Positions 7,494 through 17,300 of a stretch of DNA of 21,780 bases are shown here, piece by piece. Under the pieces are notes generated by a model, which was given only the letters and a program-made list of their open reading frames with translations, was not told the origin of the DNA and did not search any database. Each line of letters starts with the position of its first letter. The stretch's first letter is position 1. Origin of the DNA: a virus (Duplodnaviria > Heunggongvirae > Uroviricota > Caudoviricetes); the IMG/VR virus record IMGVR_UViG_3300032053_000031, one strand, 5' to 3'. Both the position numbers and the translations under genes were made by a program.

Positions 7494-7767
7494 GATAGAC
7501 AAAGAAACTTACGTAGAACCTATTGGTCAACTGAAAAAGGTGGTGGACTTCTTAGCATCTGCTGACAAAGAGACAATAAGAATATTAAGTTCCTTCTTTG
7601 CAGGCGAAGCCAAAGGGACGACAGACGCTAAAAAGTTTCAGAAGCCTCTTAAGGTTGTCAATGTATATAAGGATACCATAGAAGTAGAAGTTAATAAGAA
7701 CTACTTATGGGAAGAGAAGACTGATCTGTTTAAACCAGCAAAGGAGAACACCGATGTCGTAGAATAA
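7474..7767 (+). CDS. Hypothetical protein, 93-97 aa
   Basis: GTG start at 7474, or more likely 7486 (AGGAG 11 nt upstream). Its last codons carry the RBS, ATG and TAG of the next gene. Confidence 0.65.
   Translation: MYEPVIKIDKETYVEPIGQLKKVVDFLASADKETIRILSSFFAGEAKGTTDAKKFQKPLKVVNVYKDTIEVEVNKNYLWEEKTDLFKPAKENTDVVE
7741..7746 (+). promoter_or_regulatory. Shine-Dalgarno (AAGGAG) for amber-containing ORF 7754
   Basis: 7 nt upstream of ATG7754. Confidence 0.7.
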
Positions 7768-7972
7768 CGATTGTTTAATTTGCTTAGTTAAGCCAGTCGG
7801 AAAATGCTGTTCCTGCCTAATAAGTGTTTGCACTGAACACTCAATTCGTCATTCCTATGAAGGATTAGAAGTTGGTTGCAGATGTGGTTGTTGTCATACA
7901 ATCATTGAAGAATTTTACTGCCTCGATTGTGCGGAGAAAAATAATATTACGGAGGAAGATAATGTAGACTAA
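7754..7972 (+). CDS. Cys-rich Zn-finger protein with in-frame TAG at codon 3 (needs amber readthrough), 72 codons; not in the ORF track
   Basis: ATG TCG TAG(7760-62) then NNDCLICLVKPVGKCCSCLISVCTEHSIRHSYEGLEVGCRCGCCHTIIEEFYCLDCAEKNNITEEDNVD TAA. No ATG/GTG/TTG in frame after the TAG; paralog of 3237-3425. Confidence 0.75.
7951..7955 (+). promoter_or_regulatory. Shine-Dalgarno (GGAGG) for amber-containing ORF 7962
   Basis: 6 nt upstream of ATG7962. Confidence 0.75.
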
Positions 7973-8423
7973 CAAACTTAATTTAGTCTGTATACTTCAT
8001 GGTCATGAACCTTGTAGTACAACTCCTCAAGGATGTCAAAAACATAAATGGCAAGGACATACATATAGGCGCCAGCAGGTTAAGCGGGATGTACTTATTC
8101 ATAGCTGGGGTCATTGGTTTCATTGTAAGTGGTGTGGCATTCCCTTACAGGCCGTTTGGAGAGGAGCTGACGGAAGAGTTCTATCTTTAGCAGAAAGAAA
8201 GTATATTCCATACGACAGAAAGGTCTGTACAAAGAAGGAACATTATCTACCCATTCCTTTTAATAAGTGTGGAGGTCGGCGAGGTGTACCCTGTGCTCTA
8301 CATGGTTTACTATATGATCACTGCGCCATGTGTAAGGAGCCTATTACAATAGAAGAGATGCCAACAGGGTGTTGTCGCAGATGGTGGAATAACTTTTGTG
8401 GTAAGTGTAGAGGTAGGAGATAA
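7962..8423 (+). CDS. Cys/His/Trp-rich multi-Zn-finger protein with in-frame TAG at codon 2 (needs amber readthrough), 153 codons; not in the ORF track
   Basis: ATG TAG(7965-67) then TNKLNLVCILHGHEPC...HWFHCKWCG...CALHG...HCAMCKEP...CCRRWWNNFCGKCRGRR TAA. The next in-frame canonical start is only at 8328. Exactly fills the gap up to the RBS of gene 8429. Confidence 0.75.
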
Positions 8424-8428
8424 GGAAC

Positions 8429-8662
8429 ATGAAGAAAACAGAAATTGATTTAGTTCCTCAGGAAAGGATTAAGGCTGTATTCTGTAATAAGTGTACCCGC
8501 GAAGTTAATTTAAATAAAGAATCTTACTTCGAGGGTATGTGTAAATGGGGATATGAAAGTAGGAGAGATGGGCAGATTCACGAATTTCATCTCTGTGAAG
8601 ACTGTTATGAGGAACTAATTAAGTCCTTCCGAATTGACGTTGATATAGAGGCCTACTTCTAA
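8429..8662 (+). CDS. Zn-finger phage hypothetical protein, 77 aa
   Basis: CNKC...WGYESRRDG..HEFHLCEDCY pattern; AAGGA RBS. Confidence 0.7.
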   Translation: MKKTEIDLVPQERIKAVFCNKCTREVNLNKESYFEGMCKWGYESRRDGQIHEFHLCEDCYEELIKSFRIDVDIEAYF

Positions 8663-8667
8663 GTTTA

Positions 8668-8738
8668 GACTCCGTAGCTTAATGGCAAAGCAACTATCTC
8701 TAAAATAGTGCATGAGAGTTCAATTCTCTCCGGAGTCA
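8668..8738 (+). tRNA. tRNA with anticodon CTA (amber suppressor, reads UAG); CCA not encoded
   Basis: Acceptor GACTCCG/CGGAGTC, T8-A9, D-stem GCTT/AAGC with loop AATGGCA, anticodon stem ACTAT/ATAGT with loop CT-CTA-AA (anticodon 8700-8702), 4-nt variable loop GCAT, T-stem GAGAG/CTCTC with loop TTCAATT, discriminator A8738. All stems are perfect Watson-Crick. Confidence 0.95.
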
Positions 8739-11309
8739 TTACTTTTTCGACGGTTCCACATAAAAGGTCTTGTCGCAGAAAGGATCAAGACACTGCCAGC
8801 GCTGCATTGTTCCAATGTTACCTTTATATCCAGCGGGGCCACCACACTTAGGACACTTAGGCTTTTCTACTTCTTTCTTTGGTTCTTCCTTCTTAAAAAG
8901 ATCTAATATTCCTGCAGTTAATCCTAAATCAGACAGACAGCGGGCGCAAAGCCATTTATCTGTTTTCTCTCCCTTAGTAATAGCTGGGTAGTGCTTACAA
9001 CGTTCGCACCTTTGGGGTTCTTGAATAAGTCCCTTCTCAACCAGATTTTCTAAGTCAGGCTTTCTTCCGCGGTACATACTCGGAAGCTCTTTTGGCTTTG
9101 CTTCCTCAGTCTCTTCCTCTATTTCTTCCTTACTGATAGGCGGCTTCGCTTTGACTGCGGGCTTCGATGGTTCTATAAGAGATTTAGCTCCCTCGTAGGT
9201 AGAAGCCTGTCGAGCTCTCTCAAGTAGATCGTGAATCAGAGTATATGCATGTCTGAGATTGACTCCACTCTGTTCCGAAACTGTTTCAGCATTGGGAGCT
9301 TCCAAACCTTTTATTTGAGTTCTAGCTTTATAAAATTCAATTAGTTTTGCTGTAGGTCCGCCTTGACCATGAGCTAAAGCGTGCCACTGTCCGGGTTGGA
9401 AGTTCTTTAGAAGACCCCAAAGCTCTTCTGCTGGATAGGTGTACTGTCTCTTTGGTTCTTCTATCTTCTCCGAAGGAGCGCGACCCCGCCTACGCTTTTC
9501 TACTAATGTAGTCGCGTCGATGTCGACATCCGACTCCATAAGATTTCCGGCCCAAGTAACTTGGAACCTAACTTTATGAATGTCCATATCTACCTGAATT
9601 ACTTCAACTACCTGATCTTTAAAGGGACCATCTAGTATCTTTATTGTATCACCCTTCTCATAAGGTGTTTTAAATCCTGGAGGTAACTCTCCCTTCTCCG
9701 TTAGATATCTATTAAGAAATCGTTCAATTACGCGCTGTCTAATATCCTGCCTGATGTTTTCTGGCCAAGGCTCTCTAGGAGGTAACTGCTCACCTGTCTC
9801 TCCACTGCGACGTTTCCCTGGAGTACCAAACCACATATAAAAATAGTATTGTTCCCTTGCAAGCTGTTTCTTCTTTGCTTCAGAAGGTTGACGTCTAACC
9901 TCTTCGCGAAAGTTTTCTAACTCAGCTTCGGTTAAAGGTTCTGGAGATGTATTATCTACCTTGGGACGAATACCTTGAAACATATCTTCGACTAACCAAC
10001 CAATGGTCGGCTCATATATACCCAAAGGTTGTCCAGGAACAGCCGCATCCTTTAAAAGAGGCTTTACTCCCCAATCAGTAAATACTGGGAAAGGATAGTT
10101 AAACTTTGCAGCAAGTATACCTACCAATTCACTAGCCCACTGTGCAAAGGGAGTATTCGTAAATTTAGCCACTTCCGAGAAAGAGGGACCAGCCCACTGC
10201 ATACCAGGATCAATATCCGCTTCCTTACGTATCTTCTTAGGAAGAGGCTGCTGCGCAAGCCACCATCGGCGTAAGCCAGTAGGGATAGGTCTATCTTCCG
10301 GCTGATAAGATGTATTGTCTATGAAAGTAATGTTGTCCCCTTCTTTTCTATAATAGAACTTTAATGTAGTATATCTAGGTACCTCATTAATAATCTCTTG
10401 GATATTTTTAGGAAGTTCCTTAAAGGGAACAACTATCTTATTATAATCGCCGGGAGTGACAGTCCACTTATCCAAAGGAATATCTACTTTTAAATAAAAC
10501 CATATCTGCTCTTCCCGGGTTTTTGGTCTAGGACCTTTCTTTTCTTTCTGTTTATAACCAGGAATACCTATCGTGGCTGCACTATCTGTAAGATATTTAG
10601 CGATAGATATATCGCCAGCATCTCCTCCCTTTGCATCAAAACTAAATTTATCAATGGTAAGCCCTTCCTCTTTAAGAGCTGCACCTGCAGCTATTGCTAC
10701 TCTTTCTGCTAATTTTGTAAGGATCTGTCCAGCAGGAGCGGGTTGAAGAGGTATATCCGCTGCTGCATATGCTTCTGTAATTTGTTTTACAAAAGCTATT
10801 GGACCTCCTAACGAAAGAACAACTGATACCTTATCCTCGTCAGGATCAATGCGATCCACTAAAGCTGTCCATGAATTTTTGAGAGAAGAGTTTTGTATAA
10901 AAATACTTCCATTAATATTACCCATCCATGGTTTCGTCGTCTCTCCTTTTCCTGGAATGGTTCTTTTTCCCGTACCCGAGACATTTACTAATGTATCCCA
11001 AGTTTTTACAAACTCGTCTGGAGTGGGAGGAAGCTCTTTAGGAAGCTCCTGCTTCTTTGCGACAGGTATTTCTTTAGGTTCTTCACCAATAGGCGTTGTA
11101 GGTATTTGTACTGGTTCCTCTTCTTTTGTTTTTTCTTCTTTTAATTCATCCAGGAAAAACTTAAGCAAAGATGAAGCGTTGTCCGCTGCCTTAATTTCCT
11201 CGAGTAATTTTTTTCTTTCAGCCTTCTGTTCCTCAATAGGTAACGTCTTAATTCTAGCTATAGCAGTATCTATCTCAACAGCATCTATCTTTTTTCCAAA
11301 ACGTTCCAT
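8739..11309 (-). CDS. 856-aa multidomain protein: NusG-CTD-like KOW domain, putative HTH, two C-terminal Zn ribbons
   Basis: YEKGDTIKILDGPFKDQVVEVIQVD (KOW, about 9495-9662); PNAETVSEQSGVNLRHAYTLI (HTH-like); CERC...CARC and CPKCGG...QRWQC...C; AGGA RBS. Confidence 0.85.
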   Translation of the reverse strand: MERFGKKIDAVEIDTAIARIKTLPIEEQKAERKKLLEEIKAADNASSLLKFFLDELKEEKTKEEEPVQIPTTPIGEEPKEIPVAKKQELPKELPPTPDEFVKTWDTLVNVSGTGKRTIPGKGETTKPWMGNINGSIFIQNSSLKNSWTALVDRIDPDEDKVSVVLSLGGPIAFVKQITEAYAAADIPLQPAPAGQILTKLAERVAIAAGAALKEEGLTIDKFSFDAKGGDAGDISIAKYLTDSAATIGIPGYKQKEKKGPRPKTREEQIWFYLKVDIPLDKWTVTPGDYNKIVVPFKELPKNIQEIINEVPRYTTLKFYYRKEGDNITFIDNTSYQPEDRPIPTGLRRWWLAQQPLPKKIRKEADIDPGMQWAGPSFSEVAKFTNTPFAQWASELVGILAAKFNYPFPVFTDWGVKPLLKDAAVPGQPLGIYEPTIGWLVEDMFQGIRPKVDNTSPEPLTEAELENFREEVRRQPSEAKKKQLAREQYYFYMWFGTPGKRRSGETGEQLPPREPWPENIRQDIRQRVIERFLNRYLTEKGELPPGFKTPYEKGDTIKILDGPFKDQVVEVIQVDMDIHKVRFQVTWAGNLMESDVDIDATTLVEKRRRGRAPSEKIEEPKRQYTYPAEELWGLLKNFQPGQWHALAHGQGGPTAKLIEFYKARTQIKGLEAPNAETVSEQSGVNLRHAYTLIHDLLERARQASTYEGAKSLIEPSKPAVKAKPPISKEEIEEETEEAKPKELPSMYRGRKPDLENLVEKGLIQEPQRCERCKHYPAITKGEKTDKWLCARCLSDLGLTAGILDLFKKEEPKKEVEKPKCPKCGGPAGYKGNIGTMQRWQCLDPFCDKTFYVEPSKK

Positions 11310-11313
11310 GGTT

Positions 11314-14300
11314 TTATCCTGAAATTTTAAGTGAAATAGTTCTATTACCTAGATCAACATCTTCTAATTTTACAGTTTTAAACTGTTCTAATGCCCTTGG
11401 AATATTCGTTTCCACGAAAGAAAGAATGCGAGCTAATGCTTGCTCTTCCTGAATATCTGGAGGTAAATCTCCTTTCTCCCATGTACACTGAATTTTTAGA
11501 TCATTCCCAATAAATTCAAACGTAATAGATATATCTTGGGTCATTTGGGAATACTTTTGGGCAGGCATTGCGTTAAAAAATGTAGGAGACTGTTTGCCGC
11601 CCGCATAAGGTAAAGGTGAACCGTTGTCTCCCTCTCCGCCGACAACGTTATCCTTAGGCCATTCTTCTAAACCAACCTTTCGTTTATCTTTATGAAGGCG
11701 CTTTCTCTTCCAGTCCTCTATGACCTGCTGGAGCTTTTCTCTACTTCGATTCCACTCTTCCTGCTGATGGCGCGCCTTTTCTGGAACCTTAGGAAAATTC
11801 TGAGTATCTTCTATGTAGTCATGATGAGGAAAAACCTGCACTCCATAATCTTCCCTTTCAGATAATTCATGAGTCATGAGCTGGTCAGTCTCCCATGAGT
11901 CATAAGTAGCAGCGGTCTTACCTAGTTTTTCTGGACCTCTTAGTTCCCAAGGTAGAGGTTCGCGTCTTTCGTATTTTAGTTTAATCTCTTTTTCCTTTTC
12001 CTTTTCATATTCCTCAGGAGTCTTAATAGTAGAAACTCCCTTGATTTCATTAATACTTTTCTGAAGTTGTTCTCTGGTATGCCATTTTCTCTTAGCTTCG
12101 TCGCTTGCTAATTTCGTATATAGTTCTGCGTTAAGTTCCTTAATATCATTTTCTAATGCTCTTAAATGACTTTTCAACTCTTTTATTTCTTCATCGTTCT
12201 TATAATAACCCGCAGGACCATGTTTCTTCAAATCTTCGGGTTTAAAGATCCATTTAGGTGTTTTCTCTAAAGTGTGTTCCGTTTTTTCTTTGTTTAGTCG
12301 TAGCTCTTCAAAAGCGTCTTTATATCCCAAATGTTCAACGAAAGCCTCATAATCAGAATCAAACTCTTCCTTTCGGCGTTCAATAACTGATATCAACTCA
12401 TTAAGTAATTTCTTTGCTTCGTTAATATGTTCAGATGAATCAGGATGCTTAGCGACTTCGGGAGCATCCAAAAGTTTATTATTAAACTTATCGATTTCCT
12501 TTTCTAGACCAAAGAGAGCTCCGGAAGACGCCATGAATAGAAATGCTTCGTTCTCTTCAAGATTTTCTAAATCTTTTTCCACCCTCTTTATTTCAGCGGG
12601 ATCTCTATTAGGGGCACTCTCTAACCTTTCTAGATGCTTTAAAAGCCTCTCTTTCATACCAGAAATATCTCTACCGGATATAGTCATTGCCTTTAAAGAA
12701 GTTATCTTACTCTTTAAGAAAACAGCTATATCGGAAAGATGCCGCTGCCATGCAATATGTCTATCGGGAACTTCAATATCTTTTAAAGCGTCCAACTCTC
12801 TCAGTTCACTAGGAGCTTCTAATTTAACAAAGATATCCTTAGCAACTTCGTCTTTTTTAATCTTAGATCCGGGTATATCCTTGATAAGATCATGAAATTC
12901 TTTATCAAAGGATTTTTTCAAAAATTCAAGTTCTAATATTACAAAATCTAATTGGCGTGGAGAATAGATATTACTATAAGTTTCTGGACCTAATTCCTTT
13001 AGTTGACTTAATTTATCGAGAGCTTCTTTTCCTTCACTGAACGATGGAAACTCCTTATTAAACTCTTGGACAAAACGACTGGTAAATATATTCCCGTTTA
13101 TTCTCCACCACTCCTGATTATTTTTAAAGTTAAGATCTTGTGCTACCTTGTTCCATATTAATTCAACACCCCATTTATCGTGAGCAGATGACTCATCTAC
13201 ATATGCTCTATACAATAAGGAACGTCCATAGGGGTCGAAAGCTTTTGCCGCCAAGGTAATAAGTGAATCTATATTTTTCTTTTTCTCGGCAGGATCGAGG
13301 TGTTCATATCCCTTAGTGGGAACTTTTCTGCGTGCTAGCTCCACCTCTATGAGAGAACGAAGTTCTGAGGCGATATCTCCTTTTAAGAAGTTATTAAGAG
13401 TATCGTGCTGTCCATAGTAGGCAAGCCATTGTATAGCTGCTTTCTGAGCATCTACATCTTTGGAATGTAGCACCTTAACTAGAAAATCAACATCTTTACT
13501 CTTTCCCAGGAAATGCGTAATCACTCCCTTAATTTCAGGAACAGAAGTCTCCTGATATTTCTTATAGAGAAGGTCGCTCTGCCCTAGCTCCGCTAGATAT
13601 TTAATTGCTTCCGCCTGAACAGTGATGTTAGGATTGCTTAAAGCTTTAGTTAACCCTTCTACATTACCTAAGTCAGCATAAGCTTTAACAACTGCCAGAC
13701 GCGGGTCAAATACCTTTCCTAGCTCCTTAATTTGAGGGAAAGGTACATTTGTGGGTTTTTGATATTTTTCTGGGAAGAACCTTCCTACATTTTCATAAAT
13801 AGCATTTATTACTTCTAGATTGTCACTATGAACCGCACTTTCGAGGGCTTGTTGAATTACATTTAAGTCTATACGCTCCCCTATTTTTTGAGAAAAGTTC
13901 TCAGCTGCAGATAATATTTTACGTATTTGAACTGCTTTGTCCTGTAGTTCCGCCAGCTTAGATTCATCCTTCGTCGTCTTTATTTCTTCCTCTACCTTGT
14001 TTAACTGATCCTTTGCTTCATTCCCTTCTTGTTTTACCTTCTCGACGTTTTCAAAGTACCAATTAACTGCGTCTAGTTGCTCATGAACGTTACCGTCCAT
14101 CATGTCATAGGCCGTCTTTAAATCGGCAACAGCTTTAACGTCTAAAGAAGAAAGAGGTTTTATTTGAACAAGCTTTTCTTTTTCCCCTTCCTCTTTATCC
14201 GACAGAGGTTTTCTAATAATAACCTTCCACAGATCATTTAAACGTTCGCGCCACTTTCCTATGGGCCTACCTACAAATTGTCGAACATCTTTTAATAATA

Positions 14301-17300
14301 ATTCGTCATCATTAGGGATGTGAGCAGGAAGAGCAGGGGCTAATCCCCATGCAGTACCCGATTCACTGGGCCACGTAGTTGGAGGTTGACGTGCCTGCTT
14401 GAACAACTGCTCGCCTGCTAAAGCTTCTAACTCTTCGGTAGAAACCGGTGGATCACCAGGATCAGGACCCTCATCCGACATCCACTTACTCCATGCTTCA
14501 AACCACTTCTTTGCCGCTTCTATCTTTGAATAACCTTCAAACTCAGGACTTAAAGAAGGTTGATCCATTCCTGAAGGGAGTCTCTTTCGTTCTAATGTCT
14601 CAAACATTCCAATCCATCTGTCATGCTTAAGATACTCTTTTACCATTCGTACAAACGAAAGACCTAGTTTATCGGACGCGCGACGATCTTCATATTCCTT
14701 TTTCTTTTTATCAGTTAGACCAGGACCTAAAGGAGAAAGGAGATCGTCAATATCCTTAATTTGATCATTTAAATAATTGTCTAACTCATCAGCTTTAATG
14801 CTATCTACACCGAAAGTATCAATAAATCCATCAAGAATTTCAACCTTCTTCGAAATAGGAAGGCCTCTCATTGAAATAGCATATCCAAAAAGTGCATCTA
14901 TGGATGAAGGAATTGGTCCAATCTTTTCAGGCTCTCCTAGTTTATATCCAACGGCGGAGTTTAATATATTGGTCTCTTCGCTTAATTTTATATCGGAAGG
15001 ACCGATATTTTCACCCTTCTTCTGTGAGTTTGCAAAATCTTCATCAATCATCTCTAACATTTGAAGGTGTGACTTATCTGGTCCCTTCCCTCTTGCGGCA
15101 CGCACTTTATCCCAAAACTCTTTTCTGGCCGGGGGAATAAGTCGAGTTATCTGACGGTAAATATTCATTCGAATATTCGGATTCTTCTCTTCACGAAGTT
15201 TTTCAAAGAATTCCTCAGGAATCATTCCTAATGAGCCTGTTCCTCCTTCCTCTGTTCCTCTTCCATATCCTAAAATTATAAAGTTCTTAATATAATCTTC
15301 GTAGGCTGCATTACGAACGACATCGTCATTATCATTTAAGCCGTAGCCGCCCTTACTCTTATCCTTCTCATCGATCCATCCAGTTAGAATTTTGGGAGGT
15401 TCGTCTTCTTTGGAAGTATGCTCACTAATGTATTTCATTATTTCCATCTTATCTTCGACACCGGGACTAATTCCCTTTTCTCCCTCGACACCTCTTGGGG
15501 TGCTCTGATATATAGAATACAATGATTCAGCGTTTGAGGGATAACCTACACTCTCTACTGCCGTGATAATAGTCTTTCTTAAATCCTTTACTCTAGATGA
15601 GAGCGTTTCATCCGGGCGAATATAATTACCAATTGATTTATAATAATCCCGAAGAAGCTCTTGAGCATTACTTTGTCCACTCTTTGCAAAGCTCCCGAGA
15701 TAATTCACTCCGAGTAGCTTTCCTTCGTAGCTTCCCTTCTCAATTAAAAGTTTTGCTTCAGCTACTGACGTGGGCTTTTTAGCTCTACTGGAATATGGAG
15801 TTATTTTTTCTCGAAGACCTGGATCATCTGTAGGGCCTGTTTCAAAGATCCTTTCGTATTTTTTACCATATACCTTTTCCAGGACTGGTTTATTTTTATC
15901 TAGCCATGCGAGTGCTCTGTCGAATTCTGAAAGTTGCTCATATTCACAAAGTAATAGCCAAGCAATTCTAGCGAATTCCTTAATAGGAACGACATTGTAT
16001 AGACCTAGTATGGCTGTTTCAGCTTCATCCCATTGTTTGGGATTGCCAGTTTGAGCTGCTCGACTGATAGCATTTTTAGCTTTATGAACTTCCATATCAC
16101 CATCAACAGCTTCTATCTCTAGTGAAGCGATAGGATGCTTCTTCTCATCTTTAGGTTTTAACTTAAGCTTCTTTAAAATTTCGAGTAGTCGGGTGGGATC
16201 TTTAATATCCTCCGGCTTGGTATAAGTTCTGTCAGCATCCCAGGGACACTCGGGATATAGATTTTCAAGAGGAGCTCCCGGTTGTTCTGGACGTATGTCC
16301 CAATGTACGCCAGTAAAGGAAGGCATGAAAGCAGCTTCTACCCCTAATTGCTTCCTTAGACTCTTTTGCATTCGTTTAATCTGGTCGTTCATAATGCCGC
16401 CTCGAGCGACACCATTGAGCAGATTAAGGACGCGAACTCTTTTATTACGAGAAGGATTTTCACCTAGGTACTTACGAAGTCGGCTAAGACTATCACTTAT
16501 ATTGTCTTTAGTCCAAGACAAATCTTCCCGCAGTTTCTGCCAGGTCTCATCTTTAACAATTTGTTGAATCTCTTTGAGCGAAGGCATCTTCGCTTTTTTA
16601 ATCAGAACCTTAAATTTATCAGGATCGTTAGCATCAACGTCTTTATTGGAACAAACTTTCATGTGCTGAGTCATTAATACTTGACCAGTGATATAACTTT
16701 CTGGAGTATCAATTTTTATCTCTGCAACATCTTGAGTACACCAAGGACAGACAACCGTAGCTTCTATTCTTGAAGGATCAATGTCAATATCAATAGCAAT
16801 AGGTCCTTTGCCAATGCCAACCCAGATAGCGTCTACATATCTTCTTACATTGCCTGCTACTTTATTCAAAGAGAAATCCATTTCTACATCAATTGCGGGA
16901 ATACTCCCATCAGCAACATTTTGAACATACTGCTGAAGGCTCATTAATTCGGATTCTTCCTGAGGTACGTCTTCTTCCGCAATCTTTTTAATTTCGGGCT
17001 TTCTTAATTCTTCGCGAATTTCCATCAGTATCTTACCGAGATGGTTCTCACCCTTTCCGCCGCTGATACCCCAAAACTTGTCACCCCAATTATTTCCTTC
17101 TTCGAGAGGTTGATCACCAGTAGACAATAGAAGATTAGCAAGATTAGGATTCTTTTTAAACTTTTGTGTAACCAGATCCTTCATTATATCAATTTTAATA
17201 GATTCCCAGTCTGGACGGAGATTAACTTTCTGACCAAGTCTCTTTGCCTTACCAGGTGTCGAAGCCTTAAGAATAGCTTCTCTTTCAGCCGGATTAATAG

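Noticed and set aside
698-7530. Minus-strand track ORFs within the + arm (698, 2350, 2546, 3169, 3464, 3831, 4021, 4266, 4637, 5273, 6299, 7270)
   Set aside because: Antisense to well-supported, tightly coupled genes; no motifs or RBSs.
7760-7967. The two TAGs as simple nonsense mutations or sequencing errors (pseudogenes)
   Set aside because: Not excluded but disfavoured: two independent hits, both at codon 2-3 with the same context, otherwise intact frames and RBSs, and a cognate suppressor tRNA about 700 nt away.
7999-8448. Track ORF 7999-8190 (hydrophobic, 63 aa); its frame has only TAG stops (7984, 8188, 8350) until TGA 8446
   Set aside because: No RBS, and it lies wholly inside the better-supported Cys-motif frame of 7962-8423, so it is treated as a shadow. 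The absence of TAA/TGA in this second frame is curious and worth a Ribo-seq look, but I cannot support dual coding.
8668-8738. Pyrrolysine tRNA (pylT) interpretation of the CTA anticodon
   Set aside because: It has canonical features that tRNA-Pyl lacks (two-base U8-A9 linker, GG in the D-loop, TTC T-loop, 5-bp anticodon stem), and no pyl genes are in the window.
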